Shown here: piece after piece, positions 1 to 8,903 of the stretch
How positions within the stretch are numbered: the stretch's first letter is position 1
How the letters are laid out: each line of letters starts with the position of its first letter
Origin: an uncultured bacterium
Lineage (GTDB): Bacteria; UBP4; UBA4092
NCBI GenBank assembly: GCA_964644695.1
Contig: CAZXWN010000002.1
Location: 372,001 to 403,518 of the forward strand
DNA: 31,518 bases
Direction of reading: 5' to 3'
The notes under the pieces: generated by a model
The model's database searches: none
What the model was told of the DNA's origin: nothing
The model's input: only the letters and a program-made list of their open reading frames with translations
Program-made: the position numbers and the translations under genes

Positions 1-755
1 TCACAAATGACCTGACGAACATCTGTTCCATATAAAGTCCGGTCAATCACCATCTCGGTAACTCGACTATTTAGGTGGATTCTGACACCGGCTTTTTGAG
101 CCTTTTCTGCAAGGGCTGTCGGGATAGCACCAATTCCATTTCGGGGATAATAAAAATCCGAGACATAATTTTTATCAGGTCCCTGACTATTTTTAATCAG
201 GATGTTTTTTAATGTATCTTTCAGTCCCTTTTGCGAGATGCGAACTTTAACGATATCTGCAGAAATTTCCTGAGGGTCGATTCCCCAGACTTTTCGGGCA
301 TAGGGTAGAAAGAAAAAGTCACAGACCCCTTTTCCGAATTTTTGTTGGAGATAACCGGCATAGGAATTGATATCCGGGTTGTTCTTCCCCATATTCTTTG
401 AGACAAATCCCCACATGAACTTAAACCAGAGCGACATGGGGAGACCTTTTAATAATTCGGAAGCCTGAAGAGGATATTGGAAATACCGGTTTTTGAGTCT
501 CATCCGGCTTTGTCTGTGGACCAGATTGGATTCATCGCCACCCAGCTCCCGCATGAATTTCTCCACTTCTGGGAAATCTGAGTAGACTCGATGAGGGCCA
601 ATATCAAATGTGAAGCCATTTTTATGGAAATTCCGGGCTAATCCACCCGATTCCGGCAGGGCTTCAACGATATCAACTTGATAGTGATTTTGTGCCAGTT
701 CCAGCCCGCAGGCCAGTCCCGCCACACCGCCACCTAAGATTAAAACTTGTTTCAT
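1..755 (-). CDS. FAD-dependent oxidoreductase (protoporphyrinogen oxidase/UDP-galactopyranose mutase-like), truncated by the window edge
   Basis: Not in the ORF track. Manual translation from ATG at 755 gives MKQVLILGGGVAGLACGLELAQNHYQVDIVEALPESGGLARNFHKNGFTFDIGPHRVY..., open to position 1. It has a GxGxxG Rossmann motif, GGLA and FDIGPH motifs, and later PYARKVWG and FYYPRNGIGAIP. Confidence 0.85.
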   Translation of the reverse strand, partial: MKQVLILGGGVAGLACGLELAQNHYQVDIVEALPESGGLARNFHKNGFTFDIGPHRVYSDFPEVEKFMRELGGDESNLVHRQSRMRLKNRYFQYPLQASELLKGLPMSLWFKFMWGFVSKNMGKNNPDINSYAGYLQQKFGKGVCDFFFLPYARKVWGIDPQEISADIVKVRISQKGLKDTLKNILIKNSQGPDKNYVSDFYYPRNGIGAIPTALAEKAQKAGVRIHLNSRVTEMVIDRTLYGTDVRQVIC

Positions 756-849
756 AAGGAATTATTTATTATCGCTTGAAAACAAAGTGATTTGATATTC
801 AAAATATCATTAATATTACAACGAAAGGGGGATAAAGGCGGATAATTAC

Positions 850-1530
850 TTAATCTTTGAAACGATATTTCAAAAGGATACTGACGGCTTGAAAGAAATC
901 CTTCCAGCCGATTTTTTTTCCTTCTTCAAAAGTACGCGCTGAATAGGTGACCGGGACTTCAATGATGTGATAGCCATTTTTCAGTATTTTCGCTGTCACT
1001 TCAGGGCAAAATTCAAATCGGGTGCAGGTGAGGGGAATGGATTTAATCACTTCGGTTCGGAAGGCTTTATATGCGGTTGCTTCATCGGTGATTTTCTGGC
1101 CATACAACAGACTGACCATGTGTGCTAAGAGAAAATTAGCGACTCGGTTTGGTAAACGCATTCCCGTGACTTTTCCCATGAACCGGGATCCAAAAGCCAC
1201 TTGTGTTTCTCCCTTGAGAATGGGTTCCAGTACTTTGGGAATTTCATCACTGTTATATTCCAGGTCAGAATCCTGAATGATGACGATATCACCCGTCACT
1301 TCAGCCAGTCCCGTTCGGATACTGGCACCTTTTCCCTGATTGATTGAATGATATAGAACCTTTGTGTCCGGTTTTGCTTCTTCTTGTTTCAATATCGACA
1401 ATGTTCCGTCTTTTGACCCATCATCTACCAGGATGAGTTCTTTATCCAAGGGTAATCGCCTCAGATTCTCCAACACCCGGGGTAATAGGATTTCTTCGTT
1501 ATATATCGGAACAATGATAGATATTTTCAT
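850..1530 (-). CDS. GT2 glycosyltransferase (polyprenol-phosphate glycosyltransferase/DPM synthase-like)
   Basis: Motifs ISIIVPIYNEE, VDDGSKDGT, NQGKGASIR, QDSDLEY (DxD), FGSRF, FEFCPE and EVPVTY. Confidence 0.9.
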   Translation of the reverse strand: MKISIIVPIYNEEILLPRVLENLRRLPLDKELILVDDGSKDGTLSILKQEEAKPDTKVLYHSINQGKGASIRTGLAEVTGDIVIIQDSDLEYNSDEIPKVLEPILKGETQVAFGSRFMGKVTGMRLPNRVANFLLAHMVSLLYGQKITDEATAYKAFRTEVIKSIPLTCTRFEFCPEVTAKILKNGYHIIEVPVTYSARTFEEGKKIGWKDFFQAVSILLKYRFKD

Positions 1531-1539
1531 GTCTTATAA

Positions 1540-1568
1540 ATATTAAAGTTATGTCATCCCTTTGTCAA
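1540..1568 (-). promoter_or_regulatory. sigma70-type promoter for the GT2 gene
   Basis: Minus strand TTGACA (1568-1563), 17 bp spacer, TAATAT (1545-1540), then 9 nt to ATG. No SD. Confidence 0.65.
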
Positions 1569-1675
1569 AAGAACATTGGATTACAAAAGGCTGTATGTTC
1601 TATTTGATTCAGGATTGCTGTGGAACGTGGCTGATAAATGTAAATGATTTTAGAAAAAATGAGGCGCAATAGAGG

Positions 1676-4342
1676 TTATCTTTTTTTGATATCCGTTTGC
1701 CATTTCTGGATTTTCATTAAAGCTTCAACCGGGGGGAGAATTGTCAAATCCAGGTTTTTGATTTCCTCAACGATGGGGTCTGGAGCTGTTTCGAAGAAGG
1801 TCAACTGGACGGTGGAGACAGAAGGACGAACCTGGTCTGCCGCTGGAATGTGGGTTTTGGCCAGCTCACTCTGGGCAGATTGAGAATATTTCTCCAAATC
1901 TGCTAACACTTCCTTGGCGCGTTGAATTACGAGTTCAGGAAGTCCCGCCAATCGCCCGACAGCAATACCATAGGAACGGTCACAGGATCCTTCAATTATC
2001 TTGTGCAGGAAAATTACCTGGTCATTCCATTCCCGCACAGCAACATTAAAGTTTTTTATTCCGGTCAGGAACTCCGATAACTGGGTCAGTTCATGGTAAT
2101 GAGTGGCAAACAGAGTACGGGCTTTAATTTTGTCATGAATAAATTCCGCGACAGCCCAGGCAATGGAGAGTCCATCAAAGGTTGATGTTCCTCGGCCTAT
2201 CTCATCCAGTATTAAGAGAGATCTTTCTGTCGCATTATTCAGGATATTGGCCGTCTCATTCATTTCTACCATGAATGTCGATTGACCTCTTAACAGATTG
2301 TCTGAGGCACCGACACGAGTGAAGATTCTATCTATGATACCTACTTTGGCATATTCAGCGGGCACAAATGAACCTATCTGGGCCATCAGGGTGATTAATG
2401 CCACTTGCCGAATATATGTGGATTTACCTGCCATATTAGGCCCTGTAATCAGCAGTAATCGATTATCTGCTGTATCTGCCAGGGTGTCATTTGGTACGAA
2501 TTTTCCTGTAAGGAGTACATTTTCAACGACAGGATGCCGACCATTTCGGATATCCAGGACTGGTTCATCTACTACTTCAGGCTTGATAAAATTTTGGTTC
2601 ACTGCACATTCTGCCAGTGAGCAAAGGACATCTAATTGAGCGAGGGCATCCCCTGTTTTTTGGAGGGCGATTGTTTGTCCCGCTACTTGTTCACGGATTT
2701 GGCAGAATAATTGATATTCCAAATCAATAATTCGTTCTTCGGCGCCCAGGATTTTGGTTTCCCATTCTTTCAGTTCCGGGGTGATGAATCGTTCAGCGTT
2801 TGCCAAGGTCTGTTTTCGTTCATAATCTTCTGGCGTCTTATCCAGATTTGATTTGGTAATCTCAATGTAATAACCAAATACATTATTGAAACGGACTTTT
2901 AGAGACCCAATCCCTGTTCGATTCCTTTCTCTGGCTTCCAACTCCATGACAAATTGTTTGCCATTCCGCGTAATATGTCGAAGGTCATCCAATTCTGCTG
3001 AATAGCCATCTTTGATGATTCCGCCTTCTTTCAGGGAGATGGGAGGTTCTTCCACAATGGCTCTGCCAATAAGAACCCGTAATTCAGGCAAATCCTGCAT
3101 CTGAAGTAATATGTCTGACAGTAATTCGCAGGGAGACTCTGATAATGACTGTGTCAATGTGTTTCGCAGCAGAGGGACTTTGTCTAATGTTCGACCTAAA
3201 GCCAACATATCCCGGGCATTTCCAACGCCGCAGCTCAGTCGCCCCAAGAGCCGTTCGAGATCGTAGACTTCATCCAGATGGTTCTGAATATCTTGTCTCA
3301 ATCGATGTCGTTCCACCAGGGTCGATATCGAGTCTTGTCTTTTAAGCAGGGAACCCAAGTCTAATAAGGGTTGTGATAACCATGCTTTCAGTTTACGTCC
3401 ACCCATCCCGGTTTGGGTCTTGTCTAATATAGCCAGGAGAGATCCCGTTCTGGTTTTATCTCGTTGATTTTCGAATACTTCTAAATTACTTATTGTTGCC
3501 GGGTCTAAAACCAGGTAGTCTTCAAGAGTATAAGTTCTGATTGATCTTAGATGGTCGAGATTGTTTTTTTGAGTATCATACAGATATTGAAGTGCAGCTC
3601 CAGCGGCTCCTATCGCAAGGGTCATGTGGTCGCACCCAAATCCATGGAGGGATGAAGTCCCAAATTGTTTGAGCAGGCTTCGGTAGGCAATATCCCGGTC
3701 ATAGTGATACCCATTTACCGGGTTTACTGAGGCTCCGGGACATTCGGGTAACACTTGTTTAAGGGGTTGCCCATCCAGGCCTAAATCATTTGGAATGAGT
3801 AATTCCCGGGGGGAGATTCTTTGAAATTCTGTTGCAAGTCGGGTGAAGTGGCGAGTGTCATTAAACTCCGTAACTTGAAAGTCCCCCGTTGTTAAATCTA
3901 CTATGGCTAGACCAATAAAAATCTGTTGGCCTTTGCCTGCATGAATGTTTAATGATGCCAGAAAGTTATTAGCTTTTTCATCTAACAGGGCTGTTTCCAA
4001 GACGGTCCCGGGAGTAATGACCCGAGTTACATCTCTTTTTACAATACCCTTGGTGAATCGTGGATCTTCCATTTGGTCACATATGGCAACTTTGTGTCCA
4101 GCCTGGATAAGTCGGGCCATATAGGTTTGAACAGCGTGATAAGGAACTCCTGCCAGAGGGACAGTGTTATCTTTACCCATATGTTTTTTGGTAAGAGTTA
4201 GTTTAAGGGTTTTGGCGCCGATGACGGCATCTTCTCCAAACATCTCATAGAAATCGCCGACTCGAAATAATAAAATCGAGTCAGGATATTGAGACTTAAT
4301 GGATTTATATTGACTCATTAAGGGAGTCAGTGTGTCGGCCAT
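1676..4342 (-). CDS. mutS: DNA mismatch repair protein MutS (MutS1)
   Basis: N-terminal TPLMSQY and GDFYEMF (Phe-X-Glu), Walker A GPNMAGKST, DEIGRGTST, SYGIAVG helix-turn-helix, and a C-terminal QLTFF beta-clamp-like motif. 888 aa. Confidence 0.98.
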   Translation of the reverse strand: MADTLTPLMSQYKSIKSQYPDSILLFRVGDFYEMFGEDAVIGAKTLKLTLTKKHMGKDNTVPLAGVPYHAVQTYMARLIQAGHKVAICDQMEDPRFTKGIVKRDVTRVITPGTVLETALLDEKANNFLASLNIHAGKGQQIFIGLAIVDLTTGDFQVTEFNDTRHFTRLATEFQRISPRELLIPNDLGLDGQPLKQVLPECPGASVNPVNGYHYDRDIAYRSLLKQFGTSSLHGFGCDHMTLAIGAAGAALQYLYDTQKNNLDHLRSIRTYTLEDYLVLDPATISNLEVFENQRDKTRTGSLLAILDKTQTGMGGRKLKAWLSQPLLDLGSLLKRQDSISTLVERHRLRQDIQNHLDEVYDLERLLGRLSCGVGNARDMLALGRTLDKVPLLRNTLTQSLSESPCELLSDILLQMQDLPELRVLIGRAIVEEPPISLKEGGIIKDGYSAELDDLRHITRNGKQFVMELEARERNRTGIGSLKVRFNNVFGYYIEITKSNLDKTPEDYERKQTLANAERFITPELKEWETKILGAEERIIDLEYQLFCQIREQVAGQTIALQKTGDALAQLDVLCSLAECAVNQNFIKPEVVDEPVLDIRNGRHPVVENVLLTGKFVPNDTLADTADNRLLLITGPNMAGKSTYIRQVALITLMAQIGSFVPAEYAKVGIIDRIFTRVGASDNLLRGQSTFMVEMNETANILNNATERSLLILDEIGRGTSTFDGLSIAWAVAEFIHDKIKARTLFATHYHELTQLSEFLTGIKNFNVAVREWNDQVIFLHKIIEGSCDRSYGIAVGRLAGLPELVIQRAKEVLADLEKYSQSAQSELAKTHIPAADQVRPSVSTVQLTFFETAPDPIVEEIKNLDLTILPPVEALMKIQKWQTDIKKR

Positions 4343-4414
4343 AGTAAAGATTCCATACTTCCTTAAAGTTTACAAGTTATTGAATATTATCATATAAGAT
4401 TTAAGGAACATTAG

Positions 4415-4590
4415 AAAAAAGATGTGTGGTTTGTGGCAGGATTTGAAATGGTCGGGGGCATTGTGAATCATCCGCATCCCCACTCACAATGCCCCAGAAA
4501 CCAAATTCTTTTTACCCGTTTGGTTACCTTTGCCCTCCATCCCTGAAAGGCCAAACTGGTAATCTTGATTTATGAAACCATTTCAACATC
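4415..4590 (-). ncRNA. Putative sigma54-dependent structured sRNA with GGA-bearing loops (structured core 4440-4590)
   Basis: Closing stem 4577-4590 with 4440-4452. Hairpin 4512-4562 has loop CAGGGAUGGAGGGC. Hairpin 4455-4495 has a 12 bp perfect stem and loop GGGGAUGCGGAUG. A U6 run lies at 4420-4415. It starts at the predicted +1 of the sigma54 promoter. Confidence 0.6.
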
Positions 4591-4600
4591 AATTAGTTAG

Positions 4601-4617
4601 AGCAATAGTTGTGCCAA
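4601..4617 (-). promoter_or_regulatory. sigma54 (RpoN) -24/-12 promoter
   Basis: Minus strand reads TTGGCAC-AACTA-TTGCT, an exact match to the consensus TGGCAC-N5-TTGCW. Predicted +1 is about 4590. Confidence 0.8.
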
Positions 4618-4655
4618 CTTGTTTGTATGAGGTTGGTTAGAGATAACTTCTATAA

Positions 4656-4668
4656 AATCAATGTTCTA
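4656..4668. promoter_or_regulatory. IHF-like binding site between the sigma54 promoter and the putative enhancer sites
   Basis: AATCAATGTTCTA versus consensus WATCAANNNNTTR (one mismatch), in an AT-rich context at the usual position. Confidence 0.4.
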
Positions 4669-4698
4669 TTTAAATAAAGGCTTTTTACTGGGTTGTTG

Positions 4699-4754
4699 TG
4701 TGTATAGTTAACGTAACACATATATGTTGTTTTGTATGTTTATTGGGCAACATA
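4699..4754. promoter_or_regulatory. Putative upstream activator (enhancer-binding protein) sites
   Basis: Palindromes TGTGT-N12-ACACA (4699-4720) and TATGTT-N8-AACATA (4735-4754, containing TGT-N10-ACA), about 110-165 bp upstream of the predicted sigma54 start. Confidence 0.45.
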
Positions 4755-4823
4755 ACCTATGGAAATGGAATCTAGCGGTTAGTTGGAGGTTAGTTTTTAT
4801 CGCATGGATTGAAAAGAAGTGCA

Positions 4824-4832
4824 TGATATAAT
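4824..4832 (+). promoter_or_regulatory. Extended -10 promoter for rfbB
   Basis: TGaTATAAT, 25 nt upstream of ATG 4858, with SD AGAAGGA in between. Confidence 0.5.
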
Positions 4833-4857
4833 TGCGACAGGACAGAAGGATTCTTAT

Positions 4858-5856
4858 ATGAAATGGTTAATAACGGGTGGATGTGGTTTTTTGGGTTCTA
4901 ATTTCATACGTTATTGGTTAAGGCATCATCCCAATGATGTCATAGTAAATTATGACAAGTTGACCTATGCAGGGAATCTTGAGAATTTACGGGATATCGA
5001 AAATAATCCCCGGTATCAATTTGTTCATGGAGACATAGCCGATAAGAATTTGATTGAACAGTGGGTATCTGCTGTGGATGGGGTAGTGAATTTTGCTGCT
5101 GAAACGCATGTGGATCGTTCAATACAAAACCCTGAGGTTTTTATTCAAACTGATGTCATCGGTACTTACAATATTTTAGAAATATGCCGCAGAACAGGGA
5201 AACGTCTAATACAAATCAGCACCGATGAAGTTTATGGAACTTGTGATGCAGGTTCTTTCTCAGAAACCGCCTCTCTGTCACCCGGGAATCCATATTCAGC
5301 CAGCAAGGCGGGTGGAGACCTGCTTTGTATGTCCTATCAAAAAACCTATGGCATGAATCTTAATATTATCCGGTCCTGTAACGGGTATGGTCCTTTTCAA
5401 TATCCAGAGAAGCTGATTCCCTTATTTATTACCCATCTTTTAGAAAAGAAAAAACTTCCGTTATATGGGGATGGAAGTCAGGTCCGGCAATGGATATTTG
5501 CAGAAGATTTTTGTTCCGCCCTGGAAATAATCATTCAAAAAGGGGTTCCGGGTGAAATCTATAACATCACCACAGGTGAGTCCTGTACGAATCTGGAAAT
5601 GACCAGACGGCTGTTGGATTTAATGGGATTTGAAGAGGATTGGATAGAATCCGTTGTTGACCGGCCGGGTCATGATAAACGATATTCAATGACAGGCGAT
5701 AAACTCCAAAGTTTGGGATGGAAACCCGTTTATACTTTGGATACAGGCCTCCCTTATACGGTTCGTTGGTATAGAGAGCATTCTGACTGGTGGAAAATAC
5801 TTAAGAGTGGCGAATACTTGGAGTATTATCGTCGGCAATATATTGAACGAAATTAG
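4858..5856 (+). CDS. rfbB: dTDP-glucose 4,6-dehydratase
   Basis: Motifs ITGGCGFLGSNF, DKLTYAGN, AAETHVDRSI, STDEVYG, YSASK, YQ/FQYPEKLIP-type segment and DRPGHDKRY. Start moved from the track's 4819 to ATG 4858 because of the SD. Confidence 0.93.
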   Translation: MKWLITGGCGFLGSNFIRYWLRHHPNDVIVNYDKLTYAGNLENLRDIENNPRYQFVHGDIADKNLIEQWVSAVDGVVNFAAETHVDRSIQNPEVFIQTDVIGTYNILEICRRTGKRLIQISTDEVYGTCDAGSFSETASLSPGNPYSASKAGGDLLCMSYQKTYGMNLNIIRSCNGYGPFQYPEKLIPLFITHLLEKKKLPLYGDGSQVRQWIFAEDFCSALEIIIQKGVPGEIYNITTGESCTNLEMTRRLLDLMGFEEDWIESVVDRPGHDKRYSMTGDKLQSLGWKPVYTLDTGLPYTVRWYREHSDWWKILKSGEYLEYYRRQYIERN

Positions 5857-5910
5857 ATTTTTCATAAGCTTGAAATCGTTTTTAAAATGCAGGTTTTGGA
5901 GGGATGCTTC

Positions 5911-7392
5911 ATGATGAATATTATGAAGATTGGAATATTGATTGTACTTATTACAGGAATGAATTTGAGTCTTGCCTGGGCATCCCCCTCTTGTAATAAA
6001 TCCACAACGGGTGGAGTTCCAGACACAAAAATCCAGTCTGCAGTTTCCAATCCCGCATATACAAATTATGATATGTCTCCCAGGATTGTCCTGGCCAATA
6101 AAGAAACAGAGATAGTTATTACACCCCGAAGTAGTCAAAATTCTTTTAGCTCAATGAAAAACTATCGTATTACCTATGTTCCTATTCGCAACATAAATCT
6201 CAGCGGAAAGTGGAGTTGGGATCAGCGACAAAAAACACCAAAGCTGGTAAATGGTTCTCTCAAGCTTTATTTGTATTTTGAGGGTGAACAGGAACATATG
6301 CTTCGTTTGGAAGAAGTAAGTTTGTTGAGTACTAAACTTCTGGGGGATTTTCGAGTCTATTCTGTCTTTGATGATTTGTATGAAAAAACTCCACTGAAAG
6401 GTGAAATGCATAGCCATACCAATCGATCTGATGGAGTTGAGGAGCCCAAGATAGTGGCAGGTACTTATAGGAAGTATGGGTATGATTTCCTGGCTATTAC
6501 AGACCATTATTTGTATGCACCTTCAATAGAAGCTATCAATTTCTACCAACCCTTGAATTTGGATTTCAAATTGTTTCCCGGTGAAGAAGTCCAACCACTG
6601 GAAATGTCATATGTGCATACCGTTAGTTTTGGAGCCAGTACTGGAATTGCAAATTTAATGTTAAATAGAACTCAGTATCTGAAGGAAGTAGATGCCATTC
6701 AAAGTATGCTTCCTGCCGCTCCGGCGGGGGTGAGTGCAAGAGATTATGCCATTCTTGCCTGGGTTTATACCAAAATCAGAGAAAATGGTGGGATGAGTAT
6801 TTTGGCTCATCCCTACTGGCAATATAACTTTCAAAACTATCCTTCCGAACCTTTACTGGATTGTCTGCTTGAGCGCCGTCATTTTGATGCATATGAGATT
6901 ATTAGTGGATATTCAGCCAGTGAACAAGAGTTTCAAAATTTACAAGTCACCCGTTATTATGAGGAATATTTTCAAGGCAGGAAACTCCCTGTTGTTGGTA
7001 ATGGGGATACACATGGTGTAAATACCGGGACCCTTTTCAATTGGTATTTCAGTCTCGTATTTTCTCCTTCGGCAGATTTATCCGATATTATCCAAAGTGT
7101 GAAGAGCTTGAACTCGGTAGCCGTTACGCAAGTTAATGGAGCCAGCCCCACCATATATGGGCCTCATCGGTTAATAAAATATGGAAACTTCCTTTTGCGA
7201 GAAGTCTTCCCTGAGCACCATGTACTTTGCAATACTGAAGGCGATTTAATGTTGCAATATGCTAATGGAAACACTGCCGCTGGTACGCAATTACAAGCAC
7301 TGAAAGGACAAACTTCCGCATACTGGAAACATATCAAGGGATTGGATGTTACCTCTGCTGGCAATCCAGATTTGATTTCTGATTTGGAATAG
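5911..7392 (+). CDS. Secreted PHP-domain metallohydrolase (CehA/McbA-like)
   Basis: Signal peptide ending AWA. PHP metal ligands HSHT..SDG, ITDH, GEE, H, LAHP and GDTH. Start ATG 5911 follows GGAGGG. Confidence 0.8.
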   Translation: MMNIMKIGILIVLITGMNLSLAWASPSCNKSTTGGVPDTKIQSAVSNPAYTNYDMSPRIVLANKETEIVITPRSSQNSFSSMKNYRITYVPIRNINLSGKWSWDQRQKTPKLVNGSLKLYLYFEGEQEHMLRLEEVSLLSTKLLGDFRVYSVFDDLYEKTPLKGEMHSHTNRSDGVEEPKIVAGTYRKYGYDFLAITDHYLYAPSIEAINFYQPLNLDFKLFPGEEVQPLEMSYVHTVSFGASTGIANLMLNRTQYLKEVDAIQSMLPAAPAGVSARDYAILAWVYTKIRENGGMSILAHPYWQYNFQNYPSEPLLDCLLERRHFDAYEIISGYSASEQEFQNLQVTRYYEEYFQGRKLPVVGNGDTHGVNTGTLFNWYFSLVFSPSADLSDIIQSVKSLNSVAVTQVNGASPTIYGPHRLIKYGNFLLREVFPEHHVLCNTEGDLMLQYANGNTAAGTQLQALKGQTSAYWKHIKGLDVTSAGNPDLISDLE

Positions 7393-7456
7393 TAGCTCTA
7401 TACTGTTTTGATGTAGTATAAGTCTGTTTTATAAACTTACTGAAAAGGGTATTTAT

Positions 7457-8764
7457 ATGTGGAAGAAGGTTTTATTTGGAATTTGGGTAATAACTTTTAT
7501 TATGTGTTTGTCGGGGTGTTCGGGAAATCCAGATATTAAGGGGAAAACAAAGATATCTCTTATGTACTGGGGCAGTCCTGCTGAGAAGGCAGCGGTTGCA
7601 AGCTATGTAAAATCTTTTGAAAAAAAGTATCCACACATTTATGTTGAACTAATTCATAAACCCGGGTCGAATTATAATGATGTTCTTCAAACTATGATTG
7701 CTGGTAACAATCCTCCTGATGTGATGTATATGGGAATGGAAGATTTTCCATTCTTTGCTTCAAAAGGCGCTTTCCTGAATCTAGATTCATGTATGAGTGA
7801 TGATACGACATTCAATAAAAGTGATTTTTATGAATTACTTATGAATGTGTTTAAATACAATGGTATTCAATATGGGATTCCCAAAGACTTTGCCACCTTA
7901 GTGCTTTATTACAATAAAGATCTTTTTGATAAGGCGGGTGTTGCATATCCGAATGATAACTGGACTTGGAAAGATTTTCGAAGTGCTGCTGAAAAACTTA
8001 CACTAGATAAGGATGGAGATGGGAAACTTGATCAATATGGATTTGTCGTTGAACCAGGTCTTCATCATTGGCAGATGTGGGTGTGGCAGAATGGTGGCGA
8101 AGTGATGAGTCCTGATGGAAAACAGTGGTTATTGGGCGATCCGAAATATAAATCACAGAATATTGAAGCACTGAATTATCAATTAGAAATGATATATGGC
8201 CCCAAACCAATTGCCCCAACACGTGCAGTTACCGCAGACAGAAATACAGCCGAACTTTTTAAGACAGGTTGTTTGGCGATGTGTGCAACAGGACGCTGGA
8301 TGTGTATGGATTATAAAGATATTAAACACTTTAAATGGAATATTGTTCCGTTGCCGCATAATAAAAAGCGTGCGGCTACTTTGTTGACAACCAGTTATGC
8401 GATTTCATCAACTACAAAACATCCCAAAGAAGCTTGGGAGCTAGTGAAGTTTCTAACAGGACCCGATGGGCAAATTGAAATTGCTGAATCTGGTCATGCT
8501 ATTCCATCCATGATTAAATACGCAGAATCAGACCATTTCTTAAAATGTCCAGTATTGCCTTCTGACTTAAACAACAAGGCGAATTTGGATGTTGTAAATT
8601 ATAGCCGCCCAACTCCTACCAGTCCGTGTTTTAATGAAATTGCAGATGTACTTGTAAGAGAAATGGATTTGGTTTGGAATAACAAGGAATCTCCCAAAGA
8701 GGCCATTGAAAAGCTACAACCTAAGATTGAGAAAATAATCAAAGATAATGAAACATCAAAGTAA
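7457..8764 (+). CDS. Sugar ABC transporter substrate-binding lipoprotein (SBP family 1), paralog A
   Basis: LSGC lipobox, AGNNPPDV, YGIP, LYYNKDLFDKAGV, WTWKDF and EAWELVKFL. Dx[DN]xDG loop DKDGDGKLD. Confidence 0.92.
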   Translation: MWKKVLFGIWVITFIMCLSGCSGNPDIKGKTKISLMYWGSPAEKAAVASYVKSFEKKYPHIYVELIHKPGSNYNDVLQTMIAGNNPPDVMYMGMEDFPFFASKGAFLNLDSCMSDDTTFNKSDFYELLMNVFKYNGIQYGIPKDFATLVLYYNKDLFDKAGVAYPNDNWTWKDFRSAAEKLTLDKDGDGKLDQYGFVVEPGLHHWQMWVWQNGGEVMSPDGKQWLLGDPKYKSQNIEALNYQLEMIYGPKPIAPTRAVTADRNTAELFKTGCLAMCATGRWMCMDYKDIKHFKWNIVPLPHNKKRAATLLTTSYAISSTTKHPKEAWELVKFLTGPDGQIEIAESGHAIPSMIKYAESDHFLKCPVLPSDLNNKANLDVVNYSRPTPTSPCFNEIADVLVREMDLVWNNKESPKEAIEKLQPKIEKIIKDNETSK

Positions 8765-8779
8765 CCAAATACTATTAAT

Positions 8780-8810
8780 AAAAAGCCGTCATGATAAATG
8801 ACGGCTTTTT
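8780..8810 (+). terminator. Intrinsic terminator between the two SBP genes
   Basis: Perfect 13 bp inverted repeat AAAAAGCCGTCAT-gataa-ATGACGGCTTTTT. Confidence 0.85.
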
Positions 8811-8903
8811 GTTTGCAATATTGGGTTTGTGACAAAAGTTGACAGAGTAGGGTAATATAAAGGTGTTTGGCTTTTTTATTTTATTCGAAGGAGTGTTTAG
8901 GGT

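Noticed and set aside
221-406. 61-aa ORF in the track, or a frameshift in the flavoprotein gene
   Set aside because: It is an alternative frame inside the 1-755 gene, whose own frame is open throughout on manual translation.
4440-4590. Intergenic structure as tRNA, 6S RNA, riboswitch, CRISPR or MITE
   Set aside because: No cloverleaf or T-loop, no single rod with a central bubble, no riboswitch consensus I recognise, no repeat-spacer pattern and no obvious target-site duplication. A covariance search is still needed to exclude known families.
8839-8861. TTGACA and TATAAA as the promoter of SBP paralog B
   Set aside because: The spacer is only 11 bp. A promoter is likely in this region but its boxes cannot be fixed.
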